This document shows positions 47,106 to 56,717 of a stretch of 64,000 bases of DNA, one piece after another. The position numbers and the translations under genes are program-made. The notes beneath the pieces were generated by a model that ran no database searches, was not told where the DNA came from, and saw nothing but the letters and a program-made list of their open reading frames with translations. Source of the stretch: an uncultured Clostridia bacterium (GTDB taxonomy: Bacteria > Bacillota > Clostridia > Christensenellales > CAG-138); assembly GCA_947166925.1 (NCBI GenBank), contig CAMVGD010000001.1, positions 41,574-105,573 on the forward strand. The letters run 5' to 3'. Positions within the stretch are counted from its first letter, which is position 1. Each line of letters opens with the position of its first letter.

Positions 47106-48326
47106 ATGGCAGAAGAAAAACGATTCACCAAAGCCACATGGCAGATCATGGAGCAGCTTTTGGAGGTGGACAGCCTCGACGACGCGCTCTCCGGCAGTCT
47201 GGAAATCATTGTCAAGACGCTGAACAGCGAAGCAGGAGCGATCTGGCTTCTGGATACCAAGACGGATCGGCTGACCCCGATGTTCCACATCGGTCCGGCG
47301 GACATTTCCAACATCACGGTGGAAAACGGGCTCGGCATCGAGGGTGTCGTCACCAAGACCGGCAAGTCCGTGATCGTGGAGGATGCAGTGAACGATTCGC
47401 GCTTCGAGGGCTCCGTGTTCGACGACAACGGGCTCGTCACCAAGACGATGATCTGCGTGCCGCTGAATAACCTCCACGACGTGATCGGCTGCGTGCAGAT
47501 CGTCAACAAGAAGGACGGCAGTCTGTACGACGCCGAGGAGCTGAAGCTGTGCGAGCGGATGGCGTCGCTGGCCGCGATCACGATCGACGAAAAGGGACTG
47601 ATCGTCGATCTCGGCGAGCAGAAAGAGATCCTGGCGACGCTTCGGAACGTCACGAAGGAGTTCCCCTCCGGCGACGGCGTGCTGCGCGTTTTAAAGGGGA
47701 TCAATCTCGACATCTACAAGAACGAGTTCGTCGTCGTTCTCGGCGAATCCGGCTGCGGCAAGTCCACCATGATGAACATCGTCGGCGGCATGGACTTTCT
47801 GACCGACGGCACGCTAACGGTCGAGGGGAAGGATTTTTCGCATCCGTCCGACGCCGAGCTGACGAAGTACCGCCGCGAGTATATCGGCTTCATCTTCCAG
47901 TCCTATAACCTGATGCCGAACCTCACCGCGCTCGAAAACGTGCAGTTTATCGCGGAGCTTGTGAAGGATCCCATGGACGCGGCGGACGCGATCGCGAAGG
48001 TCGGACTTTCCGAACGCGCCAACAACTATCCCGGTCAGATGTCCGGCGGTCAGCAGCAGCGCGTGTCCATTGCGCGCGCGATCGTGAAAAAGCCGAAGCT
48101 GATCCTTGCCGACGAGCCGACGGCGGCGCTCGACTATACGACGAGCATCGAGGTACTGTCTGTCGTGGAGGATATCGTGCGCAAGCAGGGCGCGACAGTC
48201 ATGATGGTCACGCACAACCCCGAGATCGCCAAGATGGCGGACCGCGTGGTCAAGGTGCGCAACGGCAAGATCGCAAGCATCAAAAAGAATCTGCATCCCG
48301 TTCACGCGGAAGAACTGGTTTGGTGA
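47106..48326 (+). CDS. GAF-domain-fused MacB/LolD-type ABC transporter ATP-binding protein
   Basis: AAGGAG RBS. The N-terminal ~165 aa are GAF-like (AGAIWLLDTKTDRL...GIEGVVTKTGKSVIVEDA...MICVPLNNLHDVIGCVQIVNK). Then GESGCGKST, MSGGQQQRV and ILADEPT. Confidence 0.85.
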   Translation: MAEEKRFTKATWQIMEQLLEVDSLDDALSGSLEIIVKTLNSEAGAIWLLDTKTDRLTPMFHIGPADISNITVENGLGIEGVVTKTGKSVIVEDAVNDSRFEGSVFDDNGLVTKTMICVPLNNLHDVIGCVQIVNKKDGSLYDAEELKLCERMASLAAITIDEKGLIVDLGEQKEILATLRNVTKEFPSGDGVLRVLKGINLDIYKNEFVVVLGESGCGKSTMMNIVGGMDFLTDGTLTVEGKDFSHPSDAELTKYRREYIGFIFQSYNLMPNLTALENVQFIAELVKDPMDAADAIAKVGLSERANNYPGQMSGGQQQRVSIARAIVKKPKLILADEPTAALDYTTSIEVLSVVEDIVRKQGATVMMVTHNPEIAKMADRVVKVRNGKIASIKKNLHPVHAEELVW

Positions 48327-48332
48327 TCTGTC

Positions 48333-50987
48333 TTGAAAAAAACGCAGCTGAAAGACGCATTACGCAATATATGGAAGCAGAAGGTCTCCTTTCTGTCGAT
48401 CATTGTGATCGCGCTTTTGGGCGTGACCACCTTTTTGGGTATCGGATATTCGGCGGCGGCATTGCGGAAGAACGCATCGACGGCATATAACCGGCAGAAC
48501 TACCGCGATATCGAAGTCATCTCCACGCGCCTATTAACGTCGGAGGACCTGGACTGCATCCGCGCGCTTGACGGTGTGAAGGACGTTGAGCCGGTCTGGC
48601 AGACCGCCGCGAACGCTTACATCGGCAGCGAAAAGCAGGTCATCAACATCATCACCGCAACGGAGCGGATCAATCTCGTATCGATGATCGAGGGGCGCAT
48701 GCCGAAAGACGCTTCGGAATGCGCGATCGAACAAAGCGTCGCAGAGGAAGCCGGGTGGAAGGTCGGCGACGAGATCGAATGGGCGGAAATGACCGACGTT
48801 ACCGGACAGTTTTTTCTCGGCGCGGATCCGTTTACGATCGTCGGTGTCGTTGCGCATCCCGATCACGCAAGCAAAACCGTGCCGGAGACGCCCTATATGA
48901 TCGTCAGCCCGGATCGGTTCGATCGGATAGCCATGGAAAACTGCTGCATGAAGGCGGAGATCGTCGTTGAGAAGGCGGCGGACGTCAACCGGTTTACCAA
49001 GGCATACGATGAGACCGCAGCGACGGTTTTGCAAAAGATCGAGGAGATCTCCGCGGAACGGATCGCGATCCGCGACGCACAGCTCAAAGAACAGGCGCTG
49101 CAGCTGATCGAGCAGGCGGAAACGGCGCTTGCGGAAAACAGAGAGCAGCTGACGACGGGAACCCAGGCAAGGGATACCCTGCTCGGCATAATCGTGCAGG
49201 CGGAGCAGATCGCAGGCGGCATAGACGGAATGAACGCCGCCGTCGCTTCTCTGCGGGAGTTCAGGCAGAAGATCGAAGCAGAGACGTCCGAGCTGAACGA
49301 CGCCGAAGCGATGCTTGCGCAGACGGAAGCGATGATCAAAGAATTGCGCGATCAGCTGGACAACATGGAACCCGGCCGCTGGTTCATCTTTGACGGGCAC
49401 GGCAACGCAAGCTTTGTACAGCTGATCATCGGCAGCGGAAACCTCGAGAGCCTCGAAATGACCTTCTCTCTGCTGTTCGTTCTGGTCGGCGCGCTCGTGA
49501 TCTACGCCACGATCAGCAAGATGATCGACGAGCAGCGCACGCTGGTCGGGACCACCAAGGCGCTCGGCTTCTTCAATCGGGAGATCTTTGCAAAGTACCT
49601 GCTGTTCGGACTGTCCGCAACGGTGCTCGGCACGCTGTTCGGCGTCCTGCTTGCGCGGTTCGTCCTTGAACCGTTCATTCTGAAAGGGTACGGCGCGTAC
49701 TACACCTATGATACCACGGCGCCGACGGTGACGGTCGGACCGACGCTGATCGTGCTGCTTGCGGGGATCGTCCTTGCCGTCGGCGCGATCACGTTCGCCT
49801 GCTACCGGCTGATGCGCACGCCTGCGATCCGGCTGATGCAGCAGGCGGTCCCCAAGGGCAAAAAGGGAAGCGCAAAAGGCGGAAAGCGGCTTCTGTCGCT
49901 GTATTCGCGCCTGATCCTTCTGAACATCCGCACCGACCTTCGGCGCGTGATCGTGACGATCGTAAGCGCGGCGGGCTGCTGCGCGCTGATCGTGATCGGC
50001 TTTACACTGAAGGCAGCGGTGAACGGCGCGGTCAAAAACCAGTATTCTTCCGTCGTGCATTACGACGCGAAGGTGCAGTATGCATACGGCGAGGAGATCG
50101 AAGCGGAGCTTAAAAAGTCCGGCGCGGAATGCGTGCCGCTGTACGACGTATTCATCACCTATCGGATTAAGGACAATCAGGTGGGAGAGCTGCTCTGCGG
50201 CGATATTGAAGCCATCGAATCCATGTACCGCCTGAACGACTGGCGCACCAAGGACCCGATCGAACCGACCGACGAGGGCATTCTGATCCAGCGGCGTCTG
50301 GCGGAGATCGATAAGCTGGACGTCGGAAGCGAGTTTCAGATCACTGTAGGTGGCGCGAAAACGGCGAAGGTCCGTGTGGCGGGCATCTTTGAAAACTACA
50401 TCGGTCGCTCCATGGTGATGAGCAGCGGGTATTACGCGTCGCTGTTTGGCCAGGAACCGACGCCCAATTCCTACCTGATCCGCCTGAACGACGCGGACGA
50501 GGAGGCGCTGCGTACGCGGCTCAAAATGACTTCGGGCTTTACGAGCTACACGCCGGCGTCGTCGGACCGGGCCATGTTCGACTCCGCGACCTCGGTCGTC
50601 AACAGCATCGTCGTGCTGTTCATCGTCCTGGCGGCGATCATGGCGGGCGTGGTGCTGACCAATCTGACGAACATCTATGTCATGCAGAAGAAGCGCGAGC
50701 TCGTTGTCATGCGCATCAACGGCTTTACGGTCAAAGAGGTCATCGGATACTGCACGCGGGAAACGATCCTGACGACGATCGCGGGCATCGTTCTGGGCAT
50801 CGCGCTCGGCTCCGGGATCGCCTATCGCATCGTGCGTGCGATGGAACAGGCGTTCATCCGGTTCGACCGCAGCGTCAGCCCGATCGCATGGCTGTACGGC
50901 GCGCTGATTACGGTGCTGTTCACGATCATCATCAATGTGATCGTTCTTCGGAAAGTTAAACACCTGAAGCTGACGGACGCCGCCTGA
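48333..50987 (+). CDS. FtsX-family ABC permease, double-module (884 aa)
   Basis: The TTG start is supported by N-terminal colinearity with the paralog (MKKTQLKDALRNIWKQKVSF). It has TM bundles at both ends and a large extracytoplasmic domain with a short coiled-coil segment. Confidence 0.85.
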   Translation: MKKTQLKDALRNIWKQKVSFLSIIVIALLGVTTFLGIGYSAAALRKNASTAYNRQNYRDIEVISTRLLTSEDLDCIRALDGVKDVEPVWQTAANAYIGSEKQVINIITATERINLVSMIEGRMPKDASECAIEQSVAEEAGWKVGDEIEWAEMTDVTGQFFLGADPFTIVGVVAHPDHASKTVPETPYMIVSPDRFDRIAMENCCMKAEIVVEKAADVNRFTKAYDETAATVLQKIEEISAERIAIRDAQLKEQALQLIEQAETALAENREQLTTGTQARDTLLGIIVQAEQIAGGIDGMNAAVASLREFRQKIEAETSELNDAEAMLAQTEAMIKELRDQLDNMEPGRWFIFDGHGNASFVQLIIGSGNLESLEMTFSLLFVLVGALVIYATISKMIDEQRTLVGTTKALGFFNREIFAKYLLFGLSATVLGTLFGVLLARFVLEPFILKGYGAYYTYDTTAPTVTVGPTLIVLLAGIVLAVGAITFACYRLMRTPAIRLMQQAVPKGKKGSAKGGKRLLSLYSRLILLNIRTDLRRVIVTIVSAAGCCALIVIGFTLKAAVNGAVKNQYSSVVHYDAKVQYAYGEEIEAELKKSGAECVPLYDVFITYRIKDNQVGELLCGDIEAIESMYRLNDWRTKDPIEPTDEGILIQRRLAEIDKLDVGSEFQITVGGAKTAKVRVAGIFENYIGRSMVMSSGYYASLFGQEPTPNSYLIRLNDADEEALRTRLKMTSGFTSYTPASSDRAMFDSATSVVNSIVVLFIVLAAIMAGVVLTNLTNIYVMQKKRELVVMRINGFTVKEVIGYCTRETILTTIAGIVLGIALGSGIAYRIVRAMEQAFIRFDRSVSPIAWLYGALITVLFTIIINVIVLRKVKHLKLTDAA

Positions 50988-51022
50988 CCGAACGGCACGG
51001 CGTTCGCAGAGGGGGAAAGCAT

Positions 51023-54000
51023 ATGAAGCAAACACAGATCAAAGATGCTTTGCGGAACATCCGAAAACTGCAGATCTCATTCTGGTCGATCGTCGTGATC
51101 GCCGCGCTCGGCGTGACGATCTTTCTCGGCGTCGACTACGCTGCGGCTGCGCTCCGAAAAAACGCCACCGTCTATTATCGGGATGCGGGATTCCGCGATG
51201 TTGAGATCATTTCCACCATGCTGCTTTCCGGAGAGGATATGGACGTCATCCGAAACACGGAGGGCGTGACGGACGTCGAGGGCGTTTATATGACCTCCGC
51301 CAAGGTGACGTCGAACGACATCCGTAAGGACGCGTATGTGATCTCCTTGACGGAACGGATCAACATTCCGTCCGTATATGAAGGGCGTCTGCCGGAAAAG
51401 GACGGCGAATGCGCCGTCGAACAGCGGCTGATGAACCAGATGGGGTGGAAGGTCGGCGATACGATCGCGGTCACGAGCGCCGAAGGCGCGACGCCGCAGT
51501 ACCTGAAAGCCGATTCGTTTGTCATCTGCGGCGCGATCCTGCATCCGGATCACGCCTGCAACAGCATCCCCGAAACGCGTTACATTATCGTGACGCCCGG
51601 GGCGTTCGATGCGGAAGCGCTGGACGGCTGTTATATGAAGGCGGAGATCATGGCGGACCGCCCGATCGACATGAACCGTTACGAAGCCGAATACCGGAAG
51701 GCGACGGTTGTCGTGCGCGAACGGATGGAAGCGGCAGCCGGAACCTATGCGCCGCTTCGCGAGGCGTCGGTCAAGGCGCAGCTCGACGAGAACCGCCAGA
51801 AGCTCGACGACGCCGAAGCGGAGCTCGGGAACGGCCGTGCGGAGCTCGACGACGGCTGGAAGCAGCTTGCGGAGGGCGAACAACAATACGAAGACGGCGT
51901 AAAGCAGGCGGAGGACGCGCGGGCGCAGCTGGACGAGGCAAAGCAGAAGCTCGACGACGCCGAACAGCAGCTTCGGGACGGACGTGCGGAGCTGGACGCC
52001 GCAAAGGCGGAGCTTGAGGCGGGCAAGGCACAGCTTGATTCGGCGAAAAAGCAGCTTGATTCGGCAAACCGACAGCTCGTTTCCGGCTGGAACACGATCG
52101 AGGACGTCAAGACGCAGATCCGGAACAAGCTGCATGCCGGGCTTGACGACGTCATCGGCGAAGATTCCTCGCAATGGATCCACTGGGCGGATCCGCTGGA
52201 GGCGAACCCGAACAGCTCGGGCGTTTCCGCGAGCGATTTCCGGATCACGGATCAGTTGACGGTCAATTTCGGCGCATCGCTGTCCGGCAAGATCAATCAG
52301 CTTATGAACACGGTGCAGATCCCGGACCGCGTGCTGCGCAAAGCGTTTGAAAAGCTCGGCGGCGAGGGCGAATACGATCCCGAAGTCGCGCGCAAGCTCC
52401 TTGCCGACCGCATTGCGTCGCTTGCGGGCGAGTATCAGTCGCAGTACGACGCGCTCGCCGACGGATGCACCAAGTGGGACAACGGGCACGAGACCTATCT
52501 TTCGGGACTTCGGCAGTACCGCGACGGACTTGCAAAATACGAGAGTGCGCTTAAGCTGTATCAGGAGGGCGAGGCGCAGTACGCCGAGGGACTTGCGCAA
52601 TATGAGGACGGACTTCGGCAGTACAACGACGGGGAAGCGCAGTATGCGCAGGGGCTCATCGACCTTGAAACCGGCCGTAAGGAGCTCGACGACGCCCGCG
52701 CAAAGCTCGAGGACGGCGAACGGCAATACGCGGACGGACTCACACGGTACAACGACGGAAGGGAAGCGCTTGAGAAGGCGCAGAAACGCATCGACGGGCT
52801 CGGTCCGTGCAAGTGGATCGTGACCGACTGCTTCGGGAACGTCGGTTTCGTGCAGGCCGGGACTGCCGCCGACAACCTGAAAAGCATGGAGATGACCTTT
52901 GCGCTCCTGTTCATTCTGGTAGGCGCGCTCGTCATCTATGCGACCGTCAGCAAGATGGTCGACGAACAGCGCAGGCAGATCGGGACAACGAAAGCGCTCG
53001 GCTTCTTCAACGGCGAGATTTTCACAAAGTATCTATTGTTCGGGATCTCGGCGACGCTGCTCGGCTGCGTGATCGGTCTGCTGATCGCACGGTTCGGGAT
53101 CCAGAGATTCATCACGAACGGCTATAATCTCTATTTCGATTACAATCTTAAGAAACCCGCAATGGTCGCGCTTCCGACGGTGATCGTGTTCTTCGCAGGC
53201 GTTTTACTGGCGTTCTTTTCCATCTGGTTTGCCTGCGTGAAGCTGCTGCGCACACCGGCGATCAGACTGATGCAGCAGTCGGTTCCGAAGGGCAGGAACA
53301 AGGCGGCGTCCGGCAGAAAACCCACGCTGTCGCTGTATTCGCGCCTGATCCTTCTGAACATCCGGACGGATTTCCGCCGCGTGCTCGTCACCGTGATCAG
53401 CGTCGCGGGCTGCTGCGCGCTGGTTATCATCGGCGTTACGCTCCGGAACGCGGTCAGCAATTCGCTGGATCTGCAGCTCCATGAGGTCATCCGCTACGAC
53501 GGCATGGCGTCGATCGATCCGGAAGCGAACGCCGACGCGGCGGACAGCGCCGCGCAGATCCTTGCGGACACGGGCGCAAAGGGCTGTCCCGTTCAGAAAA
53601 AGAACGTCACCGTGCACATCAAGGATCTCGACATGCTGGAGCTGTACGTCGGAGATCTTGCGGAGATCGGCAAAATGATCCTGCTCGCCGACGTTAAAAC
53701 CGGCGACCCGATCCCGCCGACCGACGAAGGCATTCTGGTTTCGAGACGGTTTTCCGAAAACTATCAGGTCAGCGTCGGCGATCCGATCGAGATTTCCTTG
53801 AACGGTACGGAGACCGTGCAGACAACCGTCGCAGGCATCTTCAATGTTTACGTCGGCAGAACGATGTATATGAGCGACAATTGCTTCCGGAAGCTGTTCG
53901 GACGCGATCCGGAAACGAACGCGTTTCTGATCCGGCTCGACGGCGCGAAGCTCGATCCGCTGCTTGATCGGCTCAGTACAGTCGAGGGGTATGAGAGCTA

Positions 54001-54439
54001 CGAGCGCTCCGATTCCTTCAAATCGCTGTTTGAAACGGCGACCAGCGTTATGAACATGGTCGTGCTGCTGTTCATCTTCATGGCGGCGGTCATGGCGGGC
54101 GTCGTGCTGATGAACCTGACCAACATCTATATCATGCAGAAGCTGCCGGAGCTGACGATCATGCGCATCAACGGCTTTACGGTCCGGGAGACCATCGGCT
54201 ATGTCCTGCGCGAAACGGTCGTCACGACTGCGGCGGGCATTCTGCTCGGCGTCGGGCTCGGCACGGTCATCGGCTACAAGATCGTATGCTCGCTGGAGCA
54301 GAGCTTCGTGCAGTTCGACCGCCGTCCGTCCGTCGTCGCGTGGATCGTCGGCGCATTGATGACGATCGCATTCACGGTCATCGTCAACGCGATCGCGCTG
54401 AAGAAGGTCAAGAAGCTGAAGCTGACGGACGCCGCCTGA
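51023..54439 (+). CDS. FtsX-family ABC permease, double-module with a coiled-coil insertion of about 300 aa (1138 aa)
   Basis: MKQTQIKDALRNIRKLQISF. Long repeats such as QLDEAKQKLDDAEQQLRDGRAELDAAKAELEAGKAQLDSAKKQLDSA and YRDGLAKYESALKLYQEGEAQYAEGLAQYEDGLRQYNDGEAQYAQG. Confidence 0.85.
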   Translation: MKQTQIKDALRNIRKLQISFWSIVVIAALGVTIFLGVDYAAAALRKNATVYYRDAGFRDVEIISTMLLSGEDMDVIRNTEGVTDVEGVYMTSAKVTSNDIRKDAYVISLTERINIPSVYEGRLPEKDGECAVEQRLMNQMGWKVGDTIAVTSAEGATPQYLKADSFVICGAILHPDHACNSIPETRYIIVTPGAFDAEALDGCYMKAEIMADRPIDMNRYEAEYRKATVVVRERMEAAAGTYAPLREASVKAQLDENRQKLDDAEAELGNGRAELDDGWKQLAEGEQQYEDGVKQAEDARAQLDEAKQKLDDAEQQLRDGRAELDAAKAELEAGKAQLDSAKKQLDSANRQLVSGWNTIEDVKTQIRNKLHAGLDDVIGEDSSQWIHWADPLEANPNSSGVSASDFRITDQLTVNFGASLSGKINQLMNTVQIPDRVLRKAFEKLGGEGEYDPEVARKLLADRIASLAGEYQSQYDALADGCTKWDNGHETYLSGLRQYRDGLAKYESALKLYQEGEAQYAEGLAQYEDGLRQYNDGEAQYAQGLIDLETGRKELDDARAKLEDGERQYADGLTRYNDGREALEKAQKRIDGLGPCKWIVTDCFGNVGFVQAGTAADNLKSMEMTFALLFILVGALVIYATVSKMVDEQRRQIGTTKALGFFNGEIFTKYLLFGISATLLGCVIGLLIARFGIQRFITNGYNLYFDYNLKKPAMVALPTVIVFFAGVLLAFFSIWFACVKLLRTPAIRLMQQSVPKGRNKAASGRKPTLSLYSRLILLNIRTDFRRVLVTVISVAGCCALVIIGVTLRNAVSNSLDLQLHEVIRYDGMASIDPEANADAADSAAQILADTGAKGCPVQKKNVTVHIKDLDMLELYVGDLAEIGKMILLADVKTGDPIPPTDEGILVSRRFSENYQVSVGDPIEISLNGTETVQTTVAGIFNVYVGRTMYMSDNCFRKLFGRDPETNAFLIRLDGAKLDPLLDRLSTVEGYESYERSDSFKSLFETATSVMNMVVLLFIFMAAVMAGVVLMNLTNIYIMQKLPELTIMRINGFTVRETIGYVLRETVVTTAAGILLGVGLGTVIGYKIVCSLEQSFVQFDRRPSVVAWIVGALMTIAFTVIVNAIALKKVKKLKLTDAA

Positions 54440-54523
54440 CCGGATGTCACGGCGTTCGCAGAGAAAAAGGATACAAAGCAAGGCAGCGCAGGACTGAATG
54501 CCCTGCGGTGAACGCAAACGGAC

Positions 54524-54556
54524 AAGGGGCGAAGCCTTTCGGCTTCGCCCCTTTTG
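54524..54556 (+). terminator. Rho-independent terminator ending the 42.0-54.4 kb operon
   Basis: aaggggcgaagcc-tttc-ggcttcgcccctt followed by ttgc. Confidence 0.7.
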
Positions 54557-54769
54557 CATGCGGATCGAAGGATCGGGATCGCGGGTCCTTTTCCCCGCTT
54601 TGCGATATGAGCCTTGCATAACGACTGCCGCCATGGAGATCAGAGAACGAGAACCCGCTGCAGGTCCGGACGACCGTTTACCGAAAACGATTTCGCGGGA
54701 AACGGGCATTTTTGTGCAGAAGCGGCGCCGGACGGGCGGAAATTCGGTCCGAAGGCGCCGTTTTCCGGT

Positions 54770-55351
54770 TTCCGCACGTTCTTCATCGCTGTCATCGTAC
54801 AAAACCGGTTATGATGACCGGGAAACAGCTATTATTCCGGAGACAAGGCGGATCTGCTGCTTCCCGAGCCGCAGAGGATTTTGCCGGACGGCGTCCTTGC
54901 CGTCGGAAAGCCCACGATCGTGATCCAGCTCGCCGGAAGCGCCATGGACCTTTCCGCGGCGCAGGAAAAGGCGGACGCCGTACTCCTCGGCTGGTATCCG
55001 GGCGCAGGCGGCGGAAGGGCGGTGGCAAAGCTGCTGTTCGGAGAGGTCTCTCCCTCCGGAAAACTGCCGGTCACGTTCTGCCGCAACGAGGCGCTTTCCG
55101 AGATGCCGGACTTCACGGACTATGCCATGACCGGAAGGACGTACCGATACTACCGCGGCGAACCGCTCTATCCCTTCGGCTACGGATTGAGCTACGGCGC
55201 CTGCGAGGTGACCGCTCTTTCGGCGGATCGGGAAAAGGCTGCGGTCAGGATCGTCAACCGGGGACCGCGGGATACCGACGAGGTGCTTGAGCTGTATCTA
55301 AAGGACGAGCAGAGTCCTTACGCGACGCCTGAAAATGTCGGTATATATTGA
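54770..55351 (+). pseudogene. Glycoside hydrolase family 3 remnant (C-terminal portion, truncated at both ends and frameshifted)
   Basis: PGNSYYSGDKADLLLPEPQ...AVGKPTIVIQLAGSAMDL...WYPGAGGGRAVAKLLFGEVSPSGKLPVTF...YRYYRGEPLYPFGYGLSYG are GH3 C-terminal motifs. TGA TGA lies just upstream in frame, and there are GH3-like scraps (FFIAVIV, GYDDRE) in other frames. The frame stops inside the fibronectin-like domain. Confidence 0.65.
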
Positions 55352-55376
55352 TTATCGTCCTGTTTTCCGGTATACT
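55328..55376 (+). promoter_or_regulatory. Promoter-like 49-nt repeat, copy 1 (partner at 59119-59167), upstream of the histidine kinase
   Basis: TTGATT (55348-55353), a 17-nt spacer, then TATACT (55371-55376). It shares cctgaaaatg, attgattatcg and tgttttc blocks in register with copy 2 (36 of 49 identical). Confidence 0.4.
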
Positions 55377-55442
55377 GTATTTTATCGGGTCGTCGGATCG
55401 GAACGCCGAAAACCGGAGCATGACAGAAGGGAGCGCAGGCAT

Positions 55443-56717
55443 ATGACCGTCAATTATAACACGTTTGCTGCGATCGCGCCGCTGCTGCTGCTTCTGATCG
55501 GACTGTCGGTCACGGTGATGATCGATCCGTATATCCGGCGGGAGCATCGGCGGGTCATGCTGATCATCGCGGCGCTGCTCGTGACGCTGATTGCACAGAA
55601 TGTTCTGGACTTTTGGTTAGAGCAGGACAGCACGCAGCGCACGGCGAGGACGATCCTCGGCATCTACGGGTATTCCGTTCGTCCGGCGGTCCTTGTGCTG
55701 TTTATGTACCTGTTCGGTACAAAGCGCAGATTCTGGCCTTTCTGGACGCTGGTCGGCGTCAATGCGCTGATCTATTCGACGGCGCTGTTTTCCGGCATCA
55801 GCTTTTCCATGGATGAAACCAATCACTTCATTCGCGGACCGCTGGGCTACAGCTGTCATATCGTCAGCGGCATCTTGCTGTTCTGCCTGCTTTGGATTAC
55901 GATCCGCGCGTTTCGCAAGATCAAAAGAGCGGAAATGTGGATCCCGCTTTTGAACGCGGTGCTGATCATTGCCTGCGTTCTGATGGATTCCGTATTCGCA
56001 ACAAACCTGCGTTATCCGGTCACTTTTCTGACTGTCGGCATTGTGATCAGCACGGTGTTCTATTATATCTGGCTGCATCTGCAGTTCGTACGCGCGCATG
56101 AGCGCGATCTTATGGCAACGCAGCGCATCCGGATCATGATGACGCAGATCCAGCCGCACTTCCTGTTTAACGCGCTCAACACCATCCGCGCGCTGTACGC
56201 AAAGGATCCGCCCATGGGAGATCGCATCCTGGAAGATTTCAGCACATACCTCAGGCAGAATCTGGAAACGCTGAACCAGACCGAGCTGATTCCGATCAAA
56301 AAGGAATTGGAGCACACGCGGCTGTATGCGGAGATCGAAACGCTCCGTTTCCCGCAGATCCGTGTGGAGTACCGGATCGAGGACGATGCGTTTTCGATCC
56401 CCGCGCTGACGATCCAGCCGCTGGTGGAGAACGCGATCCGGCACGGCGTCCGAAGCTGCAAGGAAGGACTGGTGACCGTTTCCACCGCGCGCGAGGCGGG
56501 CGGGCACCGGATCACGATCGAGGACAACGGCGTCGGTTTCGACCCGACCCGGGAGGCGGGCGACGAGGAATCCCATATCGGAATTCAGAATGTCAGAGAA
56601 CGCATCGAACAGATGTGCGGCGGAACGATGATCCTGAGAAGCGAGATCGGAAAGGGCACCGACGTCACGCTGCTCATCCCGGATGCGGCGGAGAAAGAAA
56701 AGGGGAGCAAACCGTGA
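55443..56717 (+). CDS. LytS/YehU-type sensor histidine kinase (His_kinase + HATPase) with a polytopic N-terminal sensor
   Basis: ATG 55443. About 6 TM segments, then MTQIQPHFLFNALNTI (H-box of the LytS family), LVENAIRHG and DNGVGFD. Confidence 0.85.
   Translation: MTVNYNTFAAIAPLLLLLIGLSVTVMIDPYIRREHRRVMLIIAALLVTLIAQNVLDFWLEQDSTQRTARTILGIYGYSVRPAVLVLFMYLFGTKRRFWPFWTLVGVNALIYSTALFSGISFSMDETNHFIRGPLGYSCHIVSGILLFCLLWITIRAFRKIKRAEMWIPLLNAVLIIACVLMDSVFATNLRYPVTFLTVGIVISTVFYYIWLHLQFVRAHERDLMATQRIRIMMTQIQPHFLFNALNTIRALYAKDPPMGDRILEDFSTYLRQNLETLNQTELIPIKKELEHTRLYAEIETLRFPQIRVEYRIEDDAFSIPALTIQPLVENAIRHGVRSCKEGLVTVSTAREAGGHRITIEDNGVGFDPTREAGDEESHIGIQNVRERIEQMCGGTMILRSEIGKGTDVTLLIPDAAEKEKGSKP

Noticed and set aside
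51750-52750. Repetitive DNA with recurring gagctcgacgac / cagcttgattcgg / cagtacgc units that could be mistaken for a repeat array or CRISPR.
   Set aside because: The units are irregular in length and have no spacer/repeat periodicity. They lie in frame inside a long CDS and encode a heptad-like coiled coil.
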